DNA from: Phoronis australis
Taxonomy: Eukaryota > Animalia > Phoronida
Direction: 5' to 3'
NCBI GenBank assembly: GCA_002633005.1
Contig: NMRA01000428.1
Location: 225,998-289,997 of the forward strand
DNA: 64,000 nucleotides
Shown piece after piece: positions 50,753-61,015 of this stretch; positions within the stretch are counted from its first letter, which is position 1; the number at the start of each line of letters is the position of its first letter. The position numbers and the translations under genes were made by a program. The notes under the pieces were generated by a model, which ran no database searches, was not told the origin of the DNA, and worked only from the letters and a program-made list of their open reading frames with translations.

Positions 50753-51946
50753 ATGTAACCAAATATAAACATTTAGGAATAATTTTAAATGAACATTTGG
50801 AGTTTTCTGAATCTGCTAAAGCTCTGTCCGAATCTGCCGGAAGAGCTTTAGGCGCTTTAATTAATACATTTAAAAAGAATAAAAATATGAGGTACAGAAC
50901 ATTCACTACATTATTCAATGCTTGTGTTGTGCCTGTTAGAGATTATTGCGTAGGTGTCTGGGGCGGCTCTAGTCTACAGGATTATGATGTCATTCAGAAT
51001 AGGGCCGCGCGATTTTTCTTGGGCGTTCACAAATTCGCTCCTAATCATGCTGTTATTGGTGACATGGGGTGGGAATTCCCCAGTGTTAGGCGGAAAATTG
51101 AGCTTTTGAGAATGTGGAGTCGTATTATTAATTTCGATAATGATAGACTAACATACCGAATATTTTGGTGGGACTACACTACTTGTACTAATAATTAGTC
51201 TTCTGAAGTTTTGAGCATTTTTGAAGAATTGGGGATATCGGATTGTTTTCATAACTTACGTTCAGTTAATCTGTCTCACTGCAAGAGTATTTTGCATGAT
51301 TTAGCCTGTAATAGGTGGTGGTTTGAAAGCCGTTTGAAGCCAAAGTTATGACCCTATGTTTGATGAAGAATGTCTTTGAAGTTGAGCCTTACCTGCTTTT
51401 AGACTTAACTCGGCCTAGTAGGTCAATTCTTGCTCAAATTAGAACCGGAACCCTACAGCTATTGGTTGAGGTTGGACGTTTTTGTTCTCTAGAATTTGAT
51501 GACAGAATTTGCTGTCTTTGTCACACTGGTCAGGTTGAAACTGAACTACATTTTCTGTTTGAGTGTCTGCTTTTCTTTAATGCCAGAAACATCTTTTTCT
51601 GTCAAGTTCAGATTAAATATCCACTATTCCATGCAGAAAGCTGTGAAAGCAAACTAATTACAATCATGCAAAAAGATGTTAATAGAAAAACTTCAGTTTT
51701 CAACAAAAATATTTTTAAAGTAAGGAAAAATTATGTTTATTTATGATCACTTTTATATCGGCCTTCTCTTTTTGGTCCTCTTGCAATGCGCGTACACTTG
51801 TTTTTTTTTCTGTTTTGTATCATGTATCTAAAGTGACTTATAAGCCCCGTGGAGGGCTGGGTGTTCCTAGTCTTTGTAACATATTCATTATTTAAATTCA
51901 TTTGAACACATGTCACTATAATAAAAAAATTACTTACTTACTTTTA
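50753..51946 (+). mobile_element. 5'-truncated RTE-X-like LINE inserted in the minisatellite
   Basis: YKHLGIIL, IQNRAARFFLGVHKFAPN..GDMGW, LAQIRTG..EVGRF..RICCLC..ETELHFLFEC; AATAAA and (TTAC)n tail; CATAT at both junctions. Confidence 0.85.
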
Positions 51947-52128
51947 CATATACATGTACATGTACATGAAGGCAGTACGTGTCATTCAGTGGGCAGCATT
52001 CATATACATGAAGGCAAGACATGTCATTCAGGGTAGCAGCATTCATATACATGAAGGCAGGACGTGTCATTCAGTGGAACAGCATTCATATACATGAAGG
52101 CAGGACGTGTCGTTCAAGGGGGCAGCAT
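51947..52128. repeat. ~43-bp minisatellite, right part
   Basis: Same unit resumes, about 4 copies. Confidence 0.9.
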
Positions 52129-54169
52129 TCTCAACAACCACAACGCATTTACTAACGAGCAAACGGGTAAGCTAAAACAAGAATCAAGAGGTGTGCCCGA
52201 ACAAAGCGGAGCCTCACATCTTGCACTTACAAGATTCCAGACATTTCTGCCGTTATGTTTCATAAAAGTGATGGCGTTATGTCGATCAAAATGACTTCAA
52301 ATGCTCATACATGTATCTCTCCATGCATCATGCGGAAACATTGAGCGCTCAGAGGCAATGGAAATTTTCTAAAGCTTATTTTGAATTTGTTGTACTGTTC
52401 TGACAAATGCTCTCCTCAGACACAATTTCCCTGCCGTGGGGGTGTGAAAGAGAGGCCGACGGCCGTCAGGCCCTCTCTAGTTAGACCTTTTGGGAGGAGA
52501 GTGTTCAAAAACCCTTTTGGGGGCGCAATGCAGCGCTTTTGGAGCGAGCCAAATTTCCGTTCGATACAGCTTTTGAATGCAAGGTGTGCAGTACTCCAAT
52601 TGGCCTCCTAGCTAATGAACACCACAACGCCACTGTTTACTTGTTCATATGTGAGACGTTACTGACTAAACGCTTTATAAAGGACGCTTTCAACATTTTG
52701 CTTGTTTGAAAGATTTGACACAACTAAAGTTTCGTTGAAGGTTAAGGTAGTGAACTTAATGATACTTTTTGACGTGGAACATGTGTGGTCATGAGGTTTG
52801 ACGAAGAAGACTGCATTTGTGTTACAAATCTTTTTGCTTTTAATTGTTACGATATCAGATTCTTTAATTATAAATAGATACCATGTGAGGCCAACAGTAG
52901 CCGAGAAATAACTCAATTATGCACTCGCTGCTCGTTAAGTTTCCAAATGCAAACTATTTGAGGAACATGTTTGCAATAAGTTCGCGAAAAAGGTCTGCTT
53001 TGTGAGACACATAGAAATTATGTTACCATGTATACACACGAACAAATGCATCTGTGCAGTCTAGGAGCGTACTTTAATATGCACTTCGGTTTGAAACTTA
53101 AAAGTAACTAGTAACCGGTTCACATGAGGGCTAAAACAATAACACTTTCACTGCAGCAAAACTTCAGTTAAGTGAACGGTCGCAAGGGTCACTTTTTATG
53201 ACGCTTTACTGGAGTTTTGTGTTACCCCTAAAACTATTAGCATTTTTCTACCCCTGACCGCTTTGTTTAAAGGACACACATGCGCAAGAGTAACACGCCT
53301 TTTTTCAGTCGTGTCTTCGATCGTTTTTACCGGAGAGTAAATGTTTTATATTCCCGGATGAGTTGTTTCTAAGTTTGTGACAATCTTTTGAAATATTTGA
53401 ATGGTTCAGTGTTTTAACTTGTATGTTTCACAAACTCAAAACTCAAAAAACTTATTCTGAAACAACTCTTAACTGGTTATTCAGTACTTTCACAGTCCTG
53501 TGGCTTAATCGGCTTGCGTACTGTACTTGGCGTACATACGACGTCATATAACAACAAGCCAGAGCACACGGCAACAAGGTTTTGCAGTGATGATGCAAAT
53601 AAGTCCATATATATATATGTGTGTGATAAATAGGTTATCCTACATACATAGAAATACTACTGAGATATTCCATCTCGAATTCATTTCATCTGGGGATGCC
53701 CTAACTGGCCGTTCGGTCTCATCGGGACCCTCCCAGATGAAATGACTTGTGGATTTGTTATGACAGTAGTATTAACACGTATGTGGGATAACCTAAATAT
53801 ATTGTTAAAGATTCAAAGAATTTTAGACTCCTTGTTGCAACATAGTGTAACAGATAAGGATTGTAATCACTCAATCAATGATGTTAGGACAAATATCTGA
53901 AGGACGAATTTCATCAGAAACTTCAATTTTATTGACTACAATACATATGTGCATAAACAGAAACCAATCGTGTGGTTATAATGGGGTAAACTTCAGTAGC
54001 TTTTTGCAGATAGAAAAATTTTGCCAACACCACGTATTCTCTTATGAAATACTCAGCAACATCTCGCATAATCTCTCGAAGTCTTGCTTTTCTATTGAGG
54101 TCCTTATGTTACTGAAGTTTACCCGTGTCGTTACAAGACACACGCAGACACAATCAGCCTGGCACACAA

Positions 54170-55100
54170 CAGTGCTCCTAAGAATTTTAAGCCATGTAAC
54201 GGAACTCTCTAGGGTGGTGCAACTTGAGCCTTACCATCAACAAAACTAACATCATAGGACGCTTTACCACTAGGTATTCTGAGGATATAGGCCATTTTAT
54301 CCTTTCTTCGATGCATCACCCTACTCATGCACGGAGTTCAATTTCCAGACACAGGTCTCTAGCAAGCTCTGCTAGAATAACATTTGTGTACTTCAAATAG
54401 ATTCAAACCTTTAAAACTATCAATCCATTTTAGGAAGCTACTAAGCGAATCCTCATGTAAACTATTATACCAATCAATACCCAATATCCAATAAATTTGA
54501 ATACAAGTTTGGCGAACATTGTTCACGTTCCCACAGAGGATCTAATAACCGTGGAATGACACAAAGTTGACACTATGCTTAAAGATGAAACGATATGAGC
54601 ACGTACTCGACTGCATCGTTAAAACTTTAGTGGAGTCCCTTTGATTCAAAAATCTAGAACTGACTTGTCTTTAATTGATGTCTTGTTAGTGTTCCACTTT
54701 CTAAGTGACATGTCAGCCTGAGCCATAATACACTTACCTTCAGTATACACCTGAACGGCTTCCGACTCGCTAGCGCCACCCAGTGACAAACCTTTAACAC
54801 CCAAGAAAATTTTAACAATTCATTAACAAGCGGAGATGCCTCCAGTGAATTTAAATGATGTTTTGATGGCAGAAGTCAACAAGAATGTTCCTTCAGTAAG
54901 TAACACGCTTCATAGTTTGTGCTATTCAGCGATAGGCTTTCTAGAGCGCGTTTTGCTTCGACTACAAGTAGGAACTGCAGACATGCCAGCTTCGTGATTA
55001 CCTGTAAATCTGGATCGTGTACATGTAGATGTAATTGTCCGAAAATGTCTGCCACTGAATTACATTTCTTGAAGCTCAATTTCTGGCGGCTTTGCTACTA
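54170..55100 (-). mobile_element. Degenerate, deleted BEL/Pao LTR retrotransposon internal region (gag and RT/RNase H remnants)
   Basis: Gag-like TKLACLQFLLVVEAKRALESLSLNSTNYEA; pol remnants in broken frames: LRKWNTN, DPL, LGIDW, GDASKKG, VSFV.GKAQVAP, LGALLCARL. Confidence 0.75.
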
Positions 55101-55383
55101 TGGCTCTTGGCGAAGCCGAAAACGCACATGTAATCACAACAGATTTTTGCTGCAGCATTTTGACAGCATAACTATTTACATTGTCAGCTTTTTTCTCGAA
55201 CGTCCCTTGCTTTCTTAGTGTCCGACAATAAATCGGTATTCCTTATTAGGATACCAGCCTAAAGTTGACTTTCGTTATAATTTTTTATACAATACTAGCC
55301 AAAAGTTCTGACACAAAATGATGCGGAAATCACCATTGCACCAGGTGGAAGAAGTCGAAATTATCGTCAGAGTAGTCTCCCCT

Positions 55384-56085
55384 TGTCACGTTTTTCCCCG
55401 TGTGTGGATGGGCGCAGGTTGTTACAGACCGGTGGTAATAGCTTTCGGTGCGATGATTGACTGAAGACTGGTTCGAGTTAATCCTTTATTTATCCCGACC
55501 GTGCGTTCCCAAGCCTTTAAACAAAACGTTCGACGTATTGTCTGTTTATGCTCCAGCCAGTGCTGCGAAGCCTCGACTTGTATTGAACTTCTGAGATATT
55601 TCCAGCAACTGTTACACTCGTCGATTCAATAACCTGCTGTCTCTATAGCTGGCTCTCTATTGACTATCGCTGTAACTGCTGATTCTCTTCACTGCAACAC
55701 AACTGTAGTTCTCCTGATTAAACTTTCTTCAACTGGCTTGATCTTCTTGTGAACGTACTTGATCTCACTTGATCTCCCGACTTGATCTGACTAACACAAA
55801 CCCGTGCGTGTGTGTTTATAGCATAATGCATTGTTCTGGAACTTTTCATCAATTTAAGCACATTCTAGAACTTTCGTGAATCTACCCGACCATTCTACAA
55901 ACATGTACTAGTCTCTAGAATATTCCAGACTGCATTAATCATTGTCATGCTACAGTCTTCTAGAAAGTTCCTCACTATACTGCAGTAAACAAATTACATC
56001 ATCACTGTACTTAACTCAGGGGTCATGCCAATCAAACAAAATAACAAAATAATACAACTAAAAATACTGTCGGACTATTCTGACA
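55384..56085 (-). mobile_element. Solo LTR (702 bp)
   Basis: TGTCA...TGACA termini, exact 5-bp TSD CCCCT on both sides; TATAAA and AATAAA on the minus strand; TTCTAGAA-type repeats. Confidence 0.88.
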
Positions 56086-57259
56086 CCCCTGATGACCGTT
56101 AGTGAAGAGTAATTAAAAAGAGAATTAGCAACATAACTGAAGCATTCTTTAATTACAATTTTGCCTTCCTTATAATTATTACTAGTAATGTTTGTTGTCG
56201 ACATAATTAGCCATCATGACGGGGAAACGGCGCTTTTCTGATTACTTTTGTCGTGTACTGTGTCCTGTAAAAAGTAATTTTCATACCCATTCCGAAAATG
56301 CCGTCAAAGCGAACGTTGGCTTTCACTGGGAACACCTGGAATCAAATGCTAAGTGCTATAGGGATTCTGAAAATACCTGTCCTCATGAGTCTAGGAGGTG
56401 TCACTGAAGGCTGTCTACAGAGCTTAGACTACCGGTTTTTTACTCAAGAGTATTAACGTAAACTTACAATCAGTGTTAAGCGTTGATTCAAATGTTCGTT
56501 TAAATTCAGTGTAATACGCCGTAAAGCTACGATCATCCGTAGTGTTTGAATGTTACCAACTTAACCCGATTGCTAGAAAACGTTGTAAACCTGCAACGTA
56601 TTACGAATCAATGCCAGATATTTGTTTGTCAAATCCAATCCTGGAAAATATGTTTACACTGTTTGTCATCTAACCAACCTTAGTTCATTTGTTGAAATTT
56701 TCGATCATGTGTTAATGTTTCTTGTACTGTTGTACAATTGTGTGGTCATGTCACAACATGTGAACCTGGTTTTGGTGACCAAGGTTGGCAAATATACACA
56801 TACATGTAGGAATGCTGTGGAGAACTCCCCTGGAATTCATGTGTTTTAGTCTAATTTCAGAGATATGATCATTTCCTCTAGGTCCTGGACATTTGTCCTG
56901 AAGTGTCAAAATTGACAGGACACTTCGAAAATCACCTGGAAAAATTAGCCATTGGAGTAGGGCGACAAAACTTTGACCCAAGTTGATTGTTGAGAAAACG
57001 AAAAGCTTTTAAACGTAATGGTTCTTTGATTTGGATCGTAAAGTTCGCGACAAAAATGGGGTGCATCCAGTCTACAATATGACCAGAAATGAACAAGTTT
57101 CAGGACTGAAGTAAATTCTTCTCTGAAAATAAGTCGGACCCATGGCCCAGTCCTATTACTGACCCTTAGCAAAATGTCTTCTGTTTTTTGTCCTTCAGTA
57201 CAATCACTAAATTTCGACGCACTGCAAAATTCCTCTTAACCGTCTATACGCATAATAAA

Positions 57260-58879
57260 TCAGTTTTGGTCTTCCAAAAAGCGTAGACGGATTTCTCGCC
57301 CTATCTTGACAAATTGGGCCCAAACACTTTTTTTCCAAAGCAGAAAAATTGAGATCAGTGTACCATGTGACGTGTTCAGAACCATAAAGATGTACCAGGT
57401 GATCTCGTCATTGTAGATATTGGCAATGAATCCAGAAATCCACGTCGTGCCTGCACAAAGGCAAAGGCGAACGATAATCGATATCAGGCTCCACTGCTGC
57501 GTTACCTGGTTCCGAATTTGCATGCGCATTTGAAACAAACGACCAAAAATCACTGCAATAATGACAACATTTACCCCGACCGACACGCCTACGGGAGCAC
57601 CAAAGAAGTAAGCAATGGCACCAGGTTCAGCGATCCAACAAATTTCGTTACCATATCCTATTTTCAGCGGCGAGTCGGGGACAAAATCCAATGCGCACGA
57701 CGAACCGACGATCAGGAGAGGAACCAAAGCGATGAAAGGAACTTGCTTTATTATGGAGCGACTCCTGTTGGAAGCTGAGTTAGCCACCATTGCCTCTGTG
57801 CTCCACGTCACATTAGCAACCGAGAAACAAAAACATGTCGAGCATGTAAAATAGAATAAATACAGGTAATGGGAACTGATTGCCATGGAGATGCAGAGGG
57901 GCCTTAAGACAAATGCTTGAGCGCCGAACTGGAACGATGCTTGTGCTAGACCAAGAGAGGAACACAGTAGGATTATGTGGGGTCCCCCTTGAGAAGATCG
58001 CATTTCCTTGAACAATGCATGCACTAACGTGGTGCATACGAGACTTACTATGGAGATTATCGTCAACCAAAAAGAAACCAAGGAAGCCGAGCTCTTCTTA
58101 AGTAACACTTCAGGTGAGCACTGTCGCTTAACATCCTCCGTGATGTTGTAATATTCTTCTTGACAAACTTCAATGGTGGAATCATCCACTATTCGAAACC
58201 ACTTTTCGAAGGTCGGTGGCTCGCATGAGTTATTTAAAGCCATTAAGTTCAAAGTATTGATGGTGCTGAGGTTTATGTAAATGCGAGAACATGGCATGAG
58301 CACTGATTCCAACGGAATTTTCCCTTCTATACTTTCAGCATAAATTCGTATGTGTCCCTCCGAGTGTTGGCCAAACATGGGAAGGTGACTAAAGAAAGAT
58401 TCGGACACGCTCTTTGAGTGAGTAAAAGCTTGGATAGGGTTCACCTCCGACCTGATAACAACTTCATTTCGGATATTAAGGAACTCTGAATAATTTCTCA
58501 AACTCTTGGGAAGTTCTTGATGCTGGAAAGTGCCGTCTAAAGCCGACGCATTATGCAGCTTACACGTAACCATAAACTTGTAATACGGCGCATACACGAA
58601 TCCACCAAACAGTTCGAACCAACCCCCTAAAACCTCTTTGGTATGTACGTCCAATCTTCGTGGCCAAAAGTTTGGTCTGCCCTGGCGACTTTTCATTACG
58701 TTGATAGTGGCCTTGATAAACTGTGACGCTTTAATCGATTCAAGCACGTCTGACCATGCTGTAACAGGTGTTATCACTTCGATAACATACATAAGCCTCA
58801 TTACCTTCTTGTAAAACTCTACACAGATTCCACAGTGAAGAAAACGCATAGGCCCACAGTGAAGATTAACATAGTAGCC
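57260..58879 (-). CDS. Class B (Methuselah-like/adhesion-type) GPCR, terminal exon with partial ectodomain and 7TM
   Basis: Open frame with 7 hydrophobic segments; LCSSLGLAQ, C.SMAISSHYLYL, GYGNEICWI, YFFGAPV, GTTWISGF; in-frame TTTCCAG acceptor at 58880-58881 adds GYYVNLHCGP upstream of the Met at 58849. Confidence 0.88.
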   Translation of the reverse strand, partial: GYYVNLHCGPMRFLHCGICVEFYKKVMRLMYVIEVITPVTAWSDVLESIKASQFIKATINVMKSRQGRPNFWPRRLDVHTKEVLGGWFELFGGFVYAPYYKFMVTCKLHNASALDGTFQHQELPKSLRNYSEFLNIRNEVVIRSEVNPIQAFTHSKSVSESFFSHLPMFGQHSEGHIRIYAESIEGKIPLESVLMPCSRIYINLSTINTLNLMALNNSCEPPTFEKWFRIVDDSTIEVCQEEYYNITEDVKRQCSPEVLLKKSSASLVSFWLTIISIVSLVCTTLVHALFKEMRSSQGGPHIILLCSSLGLAQASFQFGAQAFVLRPLCISMAISSHYLYLFYFTCSTCFCFSVANVTWSTEAMVANSASNRSRSIIKQVPFIALVPLLIVGSSCALDFVPDSPLKIGYGNEICWIAEPGAIAYFFGAPVGVSVGVNVVIIAVIFGRLFQMRMQIRNQVTQQWSLISIIVRLCLCAGTTWISGFIANIYNDEITWYIFMVLNTSHGTLISIFLLWKKSVWAQFVKIGREIRLRFLEDQN

Positions 58880-61015
58880 CTGGAAATAAAAAAATATTTG
58901 TGTGTATTAGAATAACATGTAAGTGAGCACGAATAGCAAAAATGCTTTTACTTATGATCAAAACGTTCATTACTTTCGTCATTGACACTGGAGTCTCGGT
59001 GGTATTCAACAGAGGGGACCACATTAGCCACCGAAGGGAGGAAATGAAGGAACGACACGGAAAGTTTGAACGAATTTCGATCGGGGACGGTTTTTTGCTA
59101 CGGGAAAGGAGGCACGATCTTACCCCGTGACTGATAGTCAAGGCATTTGCGCTGAGAAATGATGCAACGACGCCGGTTGACATTAAGTTGTAAACAAGTA
59201 ACTAAAATTAGCAGTGGGACTACAAGTTGATTAAAATTAATGTTCTTTATGCACAAAAAAACCGTTTAGTTTCCAGACAGTACAACAGTAGTTTCAAAGT
59301 CTATAATACTTCCACTATCAGTCTAGTCTATTGTTGAAGTGTCCAAGTTCTCTTCTGTTCGGCATCACATCGGACATGCCTACCATTCGTCCACGAATAC
59401 GAGAGAACCAAGATATTTCAAAGTATTCTCCTGAGGTCAAAAGAGAGACTTTGCTGGATCATGCAGCTGTGCTTAATTCAATAGACGATTTTTCATATTG
59501 GCACTTTCTAAAGAAATGAGAGCAGGAAAGTGGACAGAAATTCCGTTACTATAGAGTGGCAGAAGAGTAAATTCCACCGTCAGCTGCACCCATTTTGCTT
59601 AGTTTGCTAATTTATTTTAACTTTTTGAATGGCTGAGATAAAAATTATCTCACTTTATCAGCCACAGCCACTGGCGTTTTGTGGATATTTCTTCGCACTT
59701 GGAAATGTATGGAACGTGATGTCCTTGTTCATCCAGCGATATTTCAAAAGATTTTGTTTTTTTCTTCATGCATTAGTTCATTCCAACCCACGGCAGCGGA
59801 AAATGTGGTTTGTTTGTATTTGTGAACATATTGAGAATGAAAAAAGACGACTTGATCGGCTGTAGCTGCACTCTTCTTCACTATGGCAGGCCCCTGTTGC
59901 ATTTGTGCATTGCTGGGTAGCAACTGAGCAATTTGCAGTGACATCAGGTACACCTTAAACAAACCAGATTTGCAAAAAAACTAGTTGGTTGAAAGTACAT
60001 TTGTACCACATATTTGGAGTCGGTAGGAAATTTGATTTCGGAGTCTGTTTGCTTTATTCGAGCATCGGCAGGGAAGTGGTGGTTTTGGATTAAAAAGTGC
60101 CGATTTGGCATTTTTATCCCCTATTTTTAGTTTAGCCTGGTCTTCAGTGGGAGTGAAAGGGTCAAAAATACAAGAGAGAATAAAGCTTCTGGTCTCATCT
60201 AAAAGGCTTTTGATATGAAATGACTCGAAACTTTTCTTTCTTTGCATGCAGTTTTTGACAGATTGAAGAAAGGGTGAAGAGTTCATCCACGTGTGTTCTG
60301 ATAGGCAAAAACCTGTGACAACTGTTCTGTGCCTCCTAAACATCCGAGTTATCACGTTCCCCTCAAAGCATTGAACAAGAAGGACGTACCTGTATTGTGA
60401 CAATTCTCTAGCGAATAAACGAAACGAATAAATAATGTGCACTAGCAGGATTGTTCATTTTGTTAGCTTATAGGTATACAGGTGTATGTAATTTGAAACA
60501 GAATACATTATTTGAAAATTTTCACAGCGAGGACTTTTTGTTTGACAGCTGATTACAGATTTGCACTGAATGAGTAGCTCACAGGTACCGCACGCCTGGG
60601 CCAATTTCGTCAGTCTTACGGGCTTCCTACTGTGTGATACATTCACACTTTCTGATTGGAAGCCAGGTGTTCCTGCTGCAATCGTATATTTCAGTGTTTA
60701 TTTCGCCTCGTATCTTAAGTTCACCCAGACGATGAGACCTTCCTTCTCGAAATGTAGCTAGTGACTAATTAGACACTACCAGAAAGTCTGTATATTAATA
60801 CAAACTCGCTAAAAGCTGTCGAACAAAAAGTTCACTGGTGCTTTGGACGTATTTTTTACCAGAGAGTTACAAACATTTCTTTACGTAATGGGATCACTTA
60901 CAAATTGAATGGTAAGCGAATGTACCATTGTCACGGATTTTCATTAAGCTAACAAGTTTGTTGACACCCCAATATTTTCCTTGGATGAATTTCGAAATGC
61001 TGGACATACTAGTGT

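Noticed and set aside
50509-51198. 229-aa ORF as a host gene
   Set aside because: Chance fusion of minisatellite translation with a truncated LINE ORF2.
52460-52500. Strong short hairpin AGAGAGGCC-GACGGCCGTC-AGGCCCTCTCT (also 53681-53745, 39130-39265)
   Set aside because: Real inverted repeats but isolated; most likely MITE or other TE remnants, with no evidence for terminators or ncRNA.
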